Below, in pieces: positions 9,228-19,185 of a stretch of DNA of 64,000 nucleotides. Numbering within the stretch: position 1 is the stretch's first letter; each line of letters starts with the position of its first letter. The notes beneath the pieces are model-generated. The model saw nothing but the letters and a program-made list of their open reading frames with translations. It had not been told where the DNA came from and searched no databases. Made by a program: the position numbers and the translations under genes. The DNA lies in contig JAUHWH010000002.1 in assembly GCA_030424715.1 (NCBI GenBank), positions 147,080 through 211,079 on the forward strand, written 5' to 3'. This DNA comes from Bdellovibrionia bacterium (GTDB lineage: Bacteria; Bdellovibrionota; Bdellovibrionia; Bdellovibrionales; JAGQZY01).

Positions 9228-10577
9228 ATGGCGTTCCGTCTTCTGATGCTTATTCTTATAACCCCTTTAATGGCCTTTCCCCAGTCGACAGCCGTGTTTT
9301 TAAAGCCTCATAGTCCAGCTCCCACCGGTCATTTTGATTTGAAGTTACTCAAGAAGCGCGCTCTTCAATATGATCAATTTGAATGGCTTTGGGTGCGGGA
9401 TCAAAAAGGCAATAATGGCTGGGTCCTCAAATCATCGACTCTCCTGCCCTTAGATTTTTCGAGGCAGGCGATTCTAAGTAAGGGTGAGCCCGTTCATCCG
9501 GAGCCCAAAAACTATCAGTTGCCCCAGAAGACCCTCGCTCAATCGCAGGTGGTGGCTTTGATCCAAAGGCACCGCGACTGGTATAAAATTGTCTATAAGG
9601 ATCAGGGCAAGAACTATTACGGATGGGTGCGATCACGATACCTAAGCCCCTACTCGAAGGATGGCGGCTATTTTTTCTCCACTGTTGAGACCCATCTACG
9701 TGCCAAACCACAGATGAAATCTAAAATCCTGCAAAAGGTGGACCCTGGGCTTCCCATAATACCCCTGAGCACCAAGGATGAATGGGCCTTGGTGTCTTTT
9801 GGTAAAAAGAAGGGCTACATTCCACTGCGCAATATTAAATCTCGTTTGGATGTGGCCATAAAAGTGCGAACGCCCAAAGGCTATTTCAAGCCCCATAACG
9901 ACCTCTACAAAGACAAGGTTCTTGAGATCTTCACTAACCCGATCTGGGTGGGTTCTGGCGCTTACAGCCTTGAGCTCAAAGAGCAGCCCTCCATGACCGC
10001 AGCGACTCTTGCAGTAGTGGAGCCTTGGCAAACCCTCACCCTGCAAGGTTACTCCATCAAAAAATGGGGCAAAAGCCATGTCTCACGATGGGGAGAACTA
10101 TGGTGGCAAGATAGCACCATAGAATCCAATGTCGAAATCATCCAGAATCTAGCACCACAACAGACCCGCCTTAAAAAGTCGGAGATCTATCAGATTGAAA
10201 AAAGCCCGATCATTCCGGGCTTGCAAATCGCTTCGGCAACCCACGGTGTCTACCGGAGTTTTGATGGTTATCAGTGGCACCCCTTGCCATCATTTAAAAA
10301 TGGCTACCCAATCAAATTCGCCAAGAACGGGACTCTTTTTGTCGGAGACAAAATTAGCTTTGACCAAGGTGAATCGTTTCAACATTTTATAAAATGGGAC
10401 GAAGTTTTTAGTGCTCTAAGTAAGGGCAAAACGCCCCCACAGGGGCCCATTCAAATTATTAATGTAGAACCGAATTTTAAGGATCACAAAAAAATCACTC
10501 TCTCGTTAAGAGTGGGCAGCAATCAGTATATGCAACTCTACACGCCCAACCTGGGCAAAGACTGGCGCTTACGCTAA
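9228..10577 (+). CDS. Secreted protein with tandem bacterial SH3 (SH3b) domains and C-terminal Asp-box/BNR-like repeats
   Basis: Signal peptide; SH3b-like WLWVR..GWV, WYKIVY..GWVRSRYL and WALVSF..GYIP; YRSFDG.QW, ISFDQG.SF and YTPNLG.DW repeats. Confidence 0.7.
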   Translation: MAFRLLMLILITPLMAFPQSTAVFLKPHSPAPTGHFDLKLLKKRALQYDQFEWLWVRDQKGNNGWVLKSSTLLPLDFSRQAILSKGEPVHPEPKNYQLPQKTLAQSQVVALIQRHRDWYKIVYKDQGKNYYGWVRSRYLSPYSKDGGYFFSTVETHLRAKPQMKSKILQKVDPGLPIIPLSTKDEWALVSFGKKKGYIPLRNIKSRLDVAIKVRTPKGYFKPHNDLYKDKVLEIFTNPIWVGSGAYSLELKEQPSMTAATLAVVEPWQTLTLQGYSIKKWGKSHVSRWGELWWQDSTIESNVEIIQNLAPQQTRLKKSEIYQIEKSPIIPGLQIASATHGVYRSFDGYQWHPLPSFKNGYPIKFAKNGTLFVGDKISFDQGESFQHFIKWDEVFSALSKGKTPPQGPIQIINVEPNFKDHKKITLSLRVGSNQYMQLYTPNLGKDWRLR

Positions 10578-10590
10578 CCTTAGTATCTGT

Positions 10591-11682
10591 TTACTCTTTA
10601 CCAAAGAGACGAAGCCGAGCGGCCTTGACCTGCCTTTTTTTATACTCAACATGAGACAGTGGTCCACGCATATTATTCAGATAGGTTTCATACCCCATAA
10701 TCTGCACCTCGAAGGGGTAAAAAAATCTTAAGGTCTCTGGCTTACCACCACGGACCACGTCGACCTTGATAAGCTTGCGAGAGATAAACTTGATAAACTT
10801 ATAATCAGGATCAGTGTACACATTCTCTTTACTTTTAAAATCGGCGCTGTCACCACTTTCTGCCAGTTTCTTATCAAGAAAGTCATTGATGTCCGAAGAA
10901 TCAATCAAAGAGTCTTTCGAACGGAGGGTGTCCATAGCATCTAAGAAAAGGCGCGTGGGATAAACCGAATTCACTGACTCATTAACAATACAATGGGGGT
11001 AACTCACCAAAGAATTGTTCACCAAAAAGCGTAGCACCTGAAAGATATCAAAAGTGTTTTTGGTTACAAACCGCACGCCAATCCGATCGAGAATATTGAG
11101 TGCCACAAGATTGCGCTTCGCAAGCAGTTTTATAACTCCGCTCGATTGGTTTTTCTCGGGTTTAAACTCGAATTTGTTAAGACGAATTTTTTCATGTTCA
11201 CTACTCAAAAAAGTAGCCCCTTGAATACTGTCTTCTTGCACGAAACTTTGGATGGGCACCAGGATCTGTTCGCGAATGTCTTCATCAAAAATACTGTAAA
11301 GATCATTGTTGAGGTGAGCCATAACATGCATGACTTTTAAGGTGGCACAGGCCCACTTCTGCAAAACTCTAGTCTCTTCTTTGCGAGAGCTAGCGGCCAC
11401 CAACAAGTGCCTAGCGTCTTCAATACCGTGTTTATCAAAAATCTCAGTGGGAGAAAGCTCACCCTCTTCAACAAACCGATCTTGCAAAAAAGCGATGGCT
11501 TGTCGGAAATACGAATAAATGCGATTTTTCTCGTCTTCGTCGTCCCAACTGTAACCGTAGGACTGGATAAAATCGGAGGCTTGGTCTAGATCTCGTACAG
11601 AAAGTTTCGGCGCGTCCAACACGGAAACACCACCCAGCATGGACATCAAAGCTTGTCTTCTAAAATACAAATTCTCTGACAC
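10591..11682 (-). CDS. TIGR04552-like protein with RelA/SpoT-type nucleotidyltransferase motifs
   Basis: KPEKNQSSGVIKLLAK, LDRIGVRFVT and PFEVQI resemble RelA/SpoT synthetase motifs. The family name comes from recall, not a search. Confidence 0.68.
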   Translation of the reverse strand: MSENLYFRRQALMSMLGGVSVLDAPKLSVRDLDQASDFIQSYGYSWDDEDEKNRIYSYFRQAIAFLQDRFVEEGELSPTEIFDKHGIEDARHLLVAASSRKEETRVLQKWACATLKVMHVMAHLNNDLYSIFDEDIREQILVPIQSFVQEDSIQGATFLSSEHEKIRLNKFEFKPEKNQSSGVIKLLAKRNLVALNILDRIGVRFVTKNTFDIFQVLRFLVNNSLVSYPHCIVNESVNSVYPTRLFLDAMDTLRSKDSLIDSSDINDFLDKKLAESGDSADFKSKENVYTDPDYKFIKFISRKLIKVDVVRGGKPETLRFFYPFEVQIMGYETYLNNMRGPLSHVEYKKRQVKAARLRLFGKE

Positions 11683-11755
11683 GTCTTGAGTCTCCGATTC
11701 AATGCTTCTGCAAGGATATTGTTTTTCTCGAACAACTCACGCTGCTACTCATCAA

Positions 11756-11785
11756 TTCGGCGGATCAAACCTTTGAGCCGCCGAA
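11756..11785 (-). terminator. Stem-loop downstream of fadJ
   Basis: TTCGGCGG-A-TCAAA-CC-TTTGA-G-CCGCCGAA inverted repeat about 22 nt after the fadJ stop; poor U-tract. Confidence 0.5.
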
Positions 11786-11807
11786 CAAACACAAAAAACC
11801 GTCAGAT

Positions 11808-13949
11808 TCAGTGAAAGGTTCTCTGGGTTTTAGCCATGTTGCGTAAGGGCGTGGTGGGTTTAAAGCGAGGGCCATATTTACTGGCAAAGACCTCGAGATC
11901 GTCCACGATCTTTTCAGAACCCTCTTTATCAGCCCAGCGCAAGAGGCCACCGCGGAACGGAGGGAAACCTGTCCCCATGATCATAGCAAGGTCGAGATCT
12001 TCGGCACTTCCCACGACATGCTCCTCTAACAATACCAGAGCGGCCTCATTAACCATATTGTACATGGCCCGGCCAATGATATCCTCTTCGCTCAAGGGGT
12101 CCGAGGGGCTACCCAAGCCAAGATCGGTGTAGACACTTTGATCAACGTCTTTTTTACGGCCGTTCTCATAATTATAAAAGCCCTTACCATTTTTTTGACC
12201 CAAGCGATCGGTTTGCTCTAGCTTTAAAAGCATTTCAGGAAGTTCAATACGCTCGCCAAGAGACTCCTTAAAAATCTTTGAAACTTTAACGCAGACGTCA
12301 AGCCCGACGGAGTCCATTAAAGCGAAAGGCCCCATCGGCATTCCAAACTTTTTCACAAAGATTTTATCAACCTTCTCGATACTGGCGCCTTCTTGTAAAA
12401 AGAAAGCCGCCTCCATCATATAGGGGACCAACAGACGGTTCACTAAAAAGCCAGGAGCATCTTTCACGACAACCGGAATCTTACCCATCTTTTTTGACAA
12501 GTTATAAACCGTTGCTGTGGCCTTATCACTGGTTTGTGGCCCACGAATGACTTCAACCAAAGGCATCATGTGGACCGGGCTGAAAAAGTGCATACCCAAG
12601 AAATTCTCAGGCTTTGGATGAGCCGTTGCCATTTCTGTCACGCTAAGTGACGACGTGTTGGTTGCAAACACGCAATCGTCTTTCAAGTTTTCATAGGTCT
12701 CGGCAATCACCTTTTTCTTGATGTCCATGTTCTCGACGATGGCCTCAACCACAACATCTAATTGTTTGAATCCAGCATAATCCAAACCACCAGAAATATG
12801 ACCCATTTTTTCGGTCAACTCGTACTTTGTCATACGACGCTTTTTTACTTTCTTATCCCAAATTTTTCGAGCCGCCTCGAAGCCTTTGGCAATAGAGTCC
12901 GTGCTGATGTCTTTCAGGCGAACGAAAATTCCTTTGTCGGCTGCCACGTAGGCTATACCGCCACCCATGGTTCCAGCACCGAGAACACCGAGATGACTGA
13001 CTTCCAGGCCTTTTTCATCGCCATCCACACCGTTGCGTTTTTTGACGTCCTCCATCATGAAAAACAAATTGATTAAATTTTTGGAGATCTCGCCACCGGC
13101 CACTTCACAGAAACCTTGCTTTTCAATGTCCATGGCTTTGCTACGATTGCTCATACCTGCGGTTTTCTTTATCACGTTCAAGGCAACAAGAAGAGCCGGA
13201 TAGTGACCGTGGGATTTTTTCATCGTCATTTTCTTAGCCTGCGAAAAAACCACAGGACGCCCTAAGCCCGATTCCAAAAATTTGTTCATCAATCCTTGAG
13301 GAGCATGTTGTTTTTTTCGCTTCTTACTACCCTTGGCGATGACACCATTGGCGAACTTCAGAGCCTGCTCTTCAAGGATCGCTGGATGAACCATTTTGTC
13401 AACAAGACCCATTTTAAAAGCTTTTTTTGCCGGAACCATTTTACCCGCCAGGATAATATCTAAAGCCCCTTGCACGCCCACAACACGGGGCAATCTCACG
13501 CAACCACCAAAACCAGGGATGATTCCTAGTTTTGTTTCAGGCAGTCCTATCTTGGTTTCGCTAGCATCACTGGCGATGCGATAGTCGCAGGCCAAAGAAA
13601 GTTCACAGCCACCACCGGCACAAGCGCCATGGATCGCAGCAATGACCGGAATTTTAAGGTCTTCAACAAAATTCATAATCTCTTGGCCACCCGAGACGGC
13701 GCCGGCAAAATCTTCTTTTGTCTTCAGTGACTTGATCTCATTGATGTCAGCCCCTGCGATAAAAATTTTCTTTTTACGAGAAATAATCACCGCTGCCTTA
13801 AAAGAAGAGTCGTTCAATTCTTCTAAGATTTCTTTGAGACGCGCCATGATCGGAGTGCTCATTTTGTTGGCGCTCTCTCCAATGTGATCCCACTCGATTA
13901 ATGCCACGTCGCCTTTTGGAGTTACTTTTAAACTTTCTTGAATACTCAT
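11808..13949 (-). CDS. fadJ: Fatty acid oxidation complex alpha subunit (enoyl-CoA hydratase / 3-hydroxyacyl-CoA dehydrogenase), FadJ/FadB-like
   Basis: N-terminal crotonase (FIAGADI, GGGCELSLAC) fused to HADH (GAGTMGGGIA, NTSSL, GMHFFSP, GTGFPPFRGG); ATG at 13949, immediately after the thiolase stop. Confidence 0.88.
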   Translation of the reverse strand: MSIQESLKVTPKGDVALIEWDHIGESANKMSTPIMARLKEILEELNDSSFKAAVIISRKKKIFIAGADINEIKSLKTKEDFAGAVSGGQEIMNFVEDLKIPVIAAIHGACAGGGCELSLACDYRIASDASETKIGLPETKLGIIPGFGGCVRLPRVVGVQGALDIILAGKMVPAKKAFKMGLVDKMVHPAILEEQALKFANGVIAKGSKKRKKQHAPQGLMNKFLESGLGRPVVFSQAKKMTMKKSHGHYPALLVALNVIKKTAGMSNRSKAMDIEKQGFCEVAGGEISKNLINLFFMMEDVKKRNGVDGDEKGLEVSHLGVLGAGTMGGGIAYVAADKGIFVRLKDISTDSIAKGFEAARKIWDKKVKKRRMTKYELTEKMGHISGGLDYAGFKQLDVVVEAIVENMDIKKKVIAETYENLKDDCVFATNTSSLSVTEMATAHPKPENFLGMHFFSPVHMMPLVEVIRGPQTSDKATATVYNLSKKMGKIPVVVKDAPGFLVNRLLVPYMMEAAFFLQEGASIEKVDKIFVKKFGMPMGPFALMDSVGLDVCVKVSKIFKESLGERIELPEMLLKLEQTDRLGQKNGKGFYNYENGRKKDVDQSVYTDLGLGSPSDPLSEEDIIGRAMYNMVNEAALVLLEEHVVGSAEDLDLAMIMGTGFPPFRGGLLRWADKEGSEKIVDDLEVFASKYGPRFKPTTPLRNMAKTQRTFH

Positions 13950-13950
13950 A

Positions 13951-15252
13951 CTAAGCCTCATTCTCCAGCACCATCGCGCCACCTTGACCACCACCAATGC
14001 AGAGAGTGGCCAGTCCAAACTGTGAACCTCTTCGTTTCATTTCTTTCATCAACGTTAAAACAAGTCTTGTTCCTGTTGCGCCGACGGGATGACCAATTGC
14101 AATAGCACCCCCGTTGACGTTCACTTTATCAAGATCAAGTTCTCCAACTTTCTCGGAAAGCCCCAACTTCTCCTCCGCAAACTTTTTTGAGTCCATAGCT
14201 TTTTGACAAGCCAAGACTTGGGCCGCAAAGGCTTCGTTTAACTCAATCAAATCCATGTCTTTTAACGTCAGGCCGGCTCGTTTTAAAGCCAAAGGCGTTG
14301 CATAGGCGGGCCCCAATCCCATTCTCTCAGGTTCGAGCCCGGCAAAGCCATAACCGCGAATTCTAGCCATTGGTTTATAACCCTTTTCTTCGGCCTGCTT
14401 GCGGCTCATCAATAGAACCATCGCAGCTCCATCGGTCAACGGGCAGGCATTACCCACTGTGATTGTCCCGGTTTTTCGGTCGAAGTAAGGGCGTAACTTG
14501 GCGAGCGCCTCCATGCTTTGCCCGTCTCTCGGGCCGTTGTCGTGCTCGACCACTTCTTTGTATTTCGGCCCCAAATAGACTGGCGTGATTTCGTCTTTCA
14601 GACGTCCCTCTTTGGTGGCAGCGACCGCGCGATGGTGAGATTCCATGGCAAAGCGATCTTGCTCTTCTCTTGAAATATGAAACTCTTTTGCCAAAATCTC
14701 AGCCGTTTGCCCCATGTTGATTCCCACAAAAGGATCTTTCAAAGCCTCGACAATAGAGACCCGGGGCGCCAAGTAACTCAATTTGATTTTTTTAAGGGCC
14801 GCAATTTTCTTACCCGTGGTTTTCGCCGAGTAAAATTCAGCAAAGACATCCGCAAATTTTTGATTAAACAGCAATGGCGCCTGTGACATATTCTCTGTGC
14901 CACCGGCGATAACAGTGTCAACCACTCCAGCTTTAATCTTGTCGAAACCAGAGCTGATGCTTTCAAGGGCAGATGCACAGTTGCGATGCACAGTGTGGGC
15001 TGAGGTCTTCATGGGGATTCCGGCTCTTAATGCCACCACCCGGCCAATGTTCACAGCATCTGAGGGATTACCAACGCAGCCAACAATCACCTCTTCAACT
15101 GACTCCGTGTCGAGATCTGTTTGCGCAATAAGCTCCTGTAGAGCCACCTGGCCCAGCTCAGCGGCATGAACATTTTTAAACTTCGTCCCCGCCTTAGCAA
15201 AAGGCGTTCGAACTCCGTCAACTATCACAACATCGTTGCCACTTTTTTCCAT
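13951..15252 (-). CDS. fadI: Acetyl-CoA C-acyltransferase (thiolase), beta subunit, FadI-like
   Basis: RTPF, NCAS catalytic Cys, NEAFAAQ, GHPVGATG, CIGGGQG. Confidence 0.85.
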   Translation of the reverse strand: MEKSGNDVVIVDGVRTPFAKAGTKFKNVHAAELGQVALQELIAQTDLDTESVEEVIVGCVGNPSDAVNIGRVVALRAGIPMKTSAHTVHRNCASALESISSGFDKIKAGVVDTVIAGGTENMSQAPLLFNQKFADVFAEFYSAKTTGKKIAALKKIKLSYLAPRVSIVEALKDPFVGINMGQTAEILAKEFHISREEQDRFAMESHHRAVAATKEGRLKDEITPVYLGPKYKEVVEHDNGPRDGQSMEALAKLRPYFDRKTGTITVGNACPLTDGAAMVLLMSRKQAEEKGYKPMARIRGYGFAGLEPERMGLGPAYATPLALKRAGLTLKDMDLIELNEAFAAQVLACQKAMDSKKFAEEKLGLSEKVGELDLDKVNVNGGAIAIGHPVGATGTRLVLTLMKEMKRRGSQFGLATLCIGGGQGGAMVLENEA

Positions 15253-15434
15253 ACTTCGATTCCTCCGATAACCGTGAGATCATGGCATTTTTTAGTCTCG
15301 CTGTCGCCCCTTATAGGCACCGCCCCCTGTTTTATGCATCGCTTAAAGGGTGCCTTCAATATTCCCATTCGACACCCCGGGGGCACTATAGTAGAACTTG
15401 AGTTTTGAAATTTGAAGGAACAAAAGAGGTCCCA

Positions 15435-17729
15435 ATGAATTTGGATAAACAAGCCCTGAGTTACCACTCGTCCGAACCTGCTGGAAAAGTAAGCGTATCG
15501 TCGCCAAAACCCTGTGGCACCGAGTACGAGCTTTCACTGGCCTACTCGCCCGGTGTCGCCGCCCCCTGTAGAGAAATCGCAAAGGACACTCAAAAAGTCT
15601 ACGACTACACCTCGAAGGGAAACTTGGTAGCGGTGATCAGCAACGGAACGGCAGTCCTCGGCTTGGGTAACATCGGACCCGAAGCCTCAAAACCAGTGAT
15701 GGAGGGAAAAGGCAACCTCTTCAAAATGTTTGCCGGTATTGATGTCTTTGACATTGAACTCGATAACCTAGATGTGGATAGCTTCTGCAACACCGTCAAA
15801 GCCCTGGGTCCCACTTTTGGAGGCATCAACCTCGAAGACATCAAAGCCCCCGAGTGTTTCGAAATTGAAAAGCGCTTGAAAGAAGAAATGAACATCCCAG
15901 TGTTTCACGATGATCAGCATGGGACCGCCATTATCTCTGCCGCCGCCCTGATCAATGCCGCTGATATCACAAAGAGAAAAATGAAAAATATTAAAATGGT
16001 GATCAACGGTGCCGGTGCCGCTGCGGTTGCCTGTGGACGACTCTTCATCTCTATGGGAGTGAAGCAAAAAAATATTATCATGTGTGATTCCCGTGGTGTG
16101 ATCTACAAAGGGCGGACCGACGGCATGAACCCCTACAAAGAGGAGTTCGCTGTTGACACTAAAGACCGCAGCCTGGCCGACGCGCTGAAGGGTGCAGACT
16201 GTTTTGTTGGCCTCAGTGTGGCGGGCGCCATGAGCGTGCCCATGCTCAAGTCCATGGCCAAAGATCCCATTGTTTTTGCAATGGCCAATCCCGATCCAGA
16301 AATCGATCCCCATGTGGCCAAAAAAGCCCGCCCCGATGTTATTATGGCCACCGGCCGCAGTGATTACCCCAACCAGGTGAACAATGTTTTGGGCTTTCCC
16401 TCTATTTTCCGCGGAGCTCTCGATGCCCGCGCCAGTAGCATCAACGAGGAGATGAAGCTGGCCGCAGTCAAAGCGCTTGCTGATTTGGCAAGACAGGGCG
16501 TGCCTGAAAAAGTCTCGGCCGCTTACGGTGGCCAAACTTTCAACTTTGGTCCCGAGTATATTATCCCTAAGCCTTTTGACCCGCGGGTGATCATGACTGT
16601 GGCTCCGGCTGTGGCAAAGGCCGCCGAAACCTCTGGCGTTGCCCAAAAACCCATTAAGAACATGAAGGCCTACGTCGAACGTCTTGAGGCCTTGCAAGGA
16701 AATAAAGTCAGTTTTATTCGCAGCTGTATCAACCGCGTGAAATCCAACATTCGCCAAACCAAAACCAAGCCTCGAATTATTTTTCCTGAAGGCAACACTC
16801 ACAAAATTTTAAAGGCTTGTGACTTGGCTCTACGCGAAAAGGTCATGGAACCCATCTTGCTTGGCCGCCCCGACCATATCAACGCCACCATCAAAGAGTT
16901 GGGGCTGGACAGCCTCAAGAAGGTTCAAATTATCGAACCTCGCACCTCTGAACACTATGAGCGCTATTGCACAGAACTGTTTCGCATGAAGGCCCGTCGC
17001 GGTGTTATGGAGAAAGAAGCCCGTCGCCTGATGACCGACACCAACTACTACGCGGCCATGGCGGTTCACCTGGGCGATGCTGAAGGTATGATTTCAGGCG
17101 CCACAATGAAGTACAAAGAGGCAGTGATTCCCATTTTAAAAATCATTGGGTCCGGAAACCGCAACACGGCCTCGGGCATGAACATCGTTTTAACGAAAGA
17201 GAAAATGTATTTCTTTACTGACACCGCGGTGAACGTAAACCCCACCGCCGAACAAGTGGCCAACACAGCCATTCACGTCTCGAAGGTGGCCCAATACTTT
17301 GACATGAAACCCAAAATTGCCATGCTCAGTTACACGAACTTCACTTCGAAGGGCGACACCCCCAGTAAAATGGAGCGAGCGGCACAAATTGTAAAACAGC
17401 AGTTCCCCCACTATATCGTCGATGGAGAAATGCAGGCTGACACCGCCGTTAACCCCGCGATCGTGGATCGTATTTTTCCTTTTTGCGATATCAAAGACGG
17501 TGCGAACATTTTGGTTTTCCCTAACCTCGATGCCGGAAATATCTCCTACAAGTTGGTTCAACAGTTGGGTGAGGGCGAAGTGATCGGCCCCTTCCTTATG
17601 GGCGTGAACCGTCCGGCTCACGTGGTACAGAGAACTTCTGATGTGGACGATATATTCAACTCCATTGTACTGACCTGCCTGCACTACCAAGCGATTCCGT
17701 CAATGAGTGAGCCCGAGGTTACGACATAG
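15435..17729 (+). CDS. maeB: NADP-dependent hybrid malic enzyme (malic enzyme + PTA-like domain)
   Basis: [50 protein letters not shown]-terminal PTA-like [23 protein letters not shown]. Confidence 0.95.
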   Translation: MNLDKQALSYHSSEPAGKVSVSSPKPCGTEYELSLAYSPGVAAPCREIAKDTQKVYDYTSKGNLVAVISNGTAVLGLGNIGPEASKPVMEGKGNLFKMFAGIDVFDIELDNLDVDSFCNTVKALGPTFGGINLEDIKAPECFEIEKRLKEEMNIPVFHDDQHGTAIISAAALINAADITKRKMKNIKMVINGAGAAAVACGRLFISMGVKQKNIIMCDSRGVIYKGRTDGMNPYKEEFAVDTKDRSLADALKGADCFVGLSVAGAMSVPMLKSMAKDPIVFAMANPDPEIDPHVAKKARPDVIMATGRSDYPNQVNNVLGFPSIFRGALDARASSINEEMKLAAVKALADLARQGVPEKVSAAYGGQTFNFGPEYIIPKPFDPRVIMTVAPAVAKAAETSGVAQKPIKNMKAYVERLEALQGNKVSFIRSCINRVKSNIRQTKTKPRIIFPEGNTHKILKACDLALREKVMEPILLGRPDHINATIKELGLDSLKKVQIIEPRTSEHYERYCTELFRMKARRGVMEKEARRLMTDTNYYAAMAVHLGDAEGMISGATMKYKEAVIPILKIIGSGNRNTASGMNIVLTKEKMYFFTDTAVNVNPTAEQVANTAIHVSKVAQYFDMKPKIAMLSYTNFTSKGDTPSKMERAAQIVKQQFPHYIVDGEMQADTAVNPAIVDRIFPFCDIKDGANILVFPNLDAGNISYKLVQQLGEGEVIGPFLMGVNRPAHVVQRTSDVDDIFNSIVLTCLHYQAIPSMSEPEVTT

Positions 17730-19003
17730 ATTTTGAAGAACCAAAACTCAAAGCCATCGTCCTAGGGGTGGGCCTTAAAAATGAAGGCCTCCCAGAGGTC
17801 AAAGCCAGCCTCAACGAGTTGGAAGAGCTTGCTACCACAGCAGGTTGGGAGGTTGTTGGTAACATCACGCAACTTCTTAACAAGTGGACTCCGGCCACCC
17901 TCATCGGCACTGGTAAAGTTGACGAGATCGGGCATATTGCAGCGGACTGTGGCGCCAACTTTATCATTATCGACCATCACCTCACCGGCGTACAGACGCG
18001 AAACTTAGAAGAGCAGTGGAAACCGGCTCGTGTTTTAGATCGCTCGCAAATTATCATCGAAATTTTCGCCCAAAGAGCCCGTAGCTACGAGGGCAAATTG
18101 CAAGTGGAGCTGGCCCAATTGCTCGACCAACTGCCTCGGCAAGTGGGAGCCTGGCTTGGCTCCCTCTCCCGACAAGGAGCCGGCACGGGTGCACGGGGTG
18201 GTGGTGAAAAAGCCATCGAACTGGACCGTCGGCAAATCCGCAAACGTGTGGAGATTATTAAAAAGAAACTCAAAGACGTGCAAAAAAAACGCAAGCAACA
18301 TCGCAGCTCTCGCGAAAAAAACCAGGTCCCAAGCTTTGCACTGATCGGTTACACCAACGCCGGAAAAAGCTCATTGATGAATGCCATGACTCAAGCCGAT
18401 GTCTACGCCGAAGATCAGCTTTTCGCCACTCTGGATCCAACCACTCGTAAAATCTATTTGGACGAAGGCTCCCACGCCGTGATTACCGACACCGTGGGAT
18501 TTATCAATAAACTCCCCCATAACTTGATCGACGCTTTTAAAGCCACTCTCGAGGAGTCGGCCAACTCCGATATTCTGTTGCATGTGGTGGACCTGTCGAA
18601 TCCTCAAATGGAAAAGCAAGTGGAAGTGGTGGATCAGCTCATCAAAGAATTTGGCTGGGATGACAAACCCATTATCCATGTGTTCAATAAACTTGACGCC
18701 GCTCCGGTGCAAAATCGATTTCGCGTCAAGCAAGCCCCCAGGGTTTTCACTAGCGCCCAAACCGGTGAAGGGCTTACTGAACTCAAAGAGCTGATGCTTG
18801 AAACCTTAAACAAGCTGACCGTTCCCCTAGAGGTTTTCTTTCCTCTCGAAGAAAAACATCTCTTTTACGAATTACAAAAAGACGCCACCAGCATTTACAA
18901 AGAGGAAAGCCAACTTGGTCTTGTCTGCAAAGCCCAGCTGGTTCCCGGCCTGGTGAAGAAGTGGCGTGATTACCAAGTCGAAAAAGGCTCTTCTGACGTT
19001 TAG
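17726..19003 (+). CDS. hflX: Ribosome-splitting GTPase HflX (start uncertain: ATA 17726 or GTG 17768)
   Basis: IFAQRA, EGKLQVELAQL, GYTNAGKSSL, LFATLDPT, DTVGF, NKLD. Confidence 0.93.
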   Translation: MDFEEPKLKAIVLGVGLKNEGLPEVKASLNELEELATTAGWEVVGNITQLLNKWTPATLIGTGKVDEIGHIAADCGANFIIIDHHLTGVQTRNLEEQWKPARVLDRSQIIIEIFAQRARSYEGKLQVELAQLLDQLPRQVGAWLGSLSRQGAGTGARGGGEKAIELDRRQIRKRVEIIKKKLKDVQKKRKQHRSSREKNQVPSFALIGYTNAGKSSLMNAMTQADVYAEDQLFATLDPTTRKIYLDEGSHAVITDTVGFINKLPHNLIDAFKATLEESANSDILLHVVDLSNPQMEKQVEVVDQLIKEFGWDDKPIIHVFNKLDAAPVQNRFRVKQAPRVFTSAQTGEGLTELKELMLETLNKLTVPLEVFFPLEEKHLFYELQKDATSIYKEESQLGLVCKAQLVPGLVKKWRDYQVEKGSSDV

Positions 19004-19185
19004 TGGCCCCAGAGTCAAAAGCCCTGACTAATGTGCAAAAGCACTTTCTGGTGGTCTTTGCCCCACTTGCCAGGCCCCGTCCAACTGTCTAAACATTGGT
19101 GACCCATGTGATTCTTTCAGCCATAGTTGAAAAGCCTCAAAACTTATGACAGCTTGGTTCGGTATAAAATGATGAGGTGGATTCG

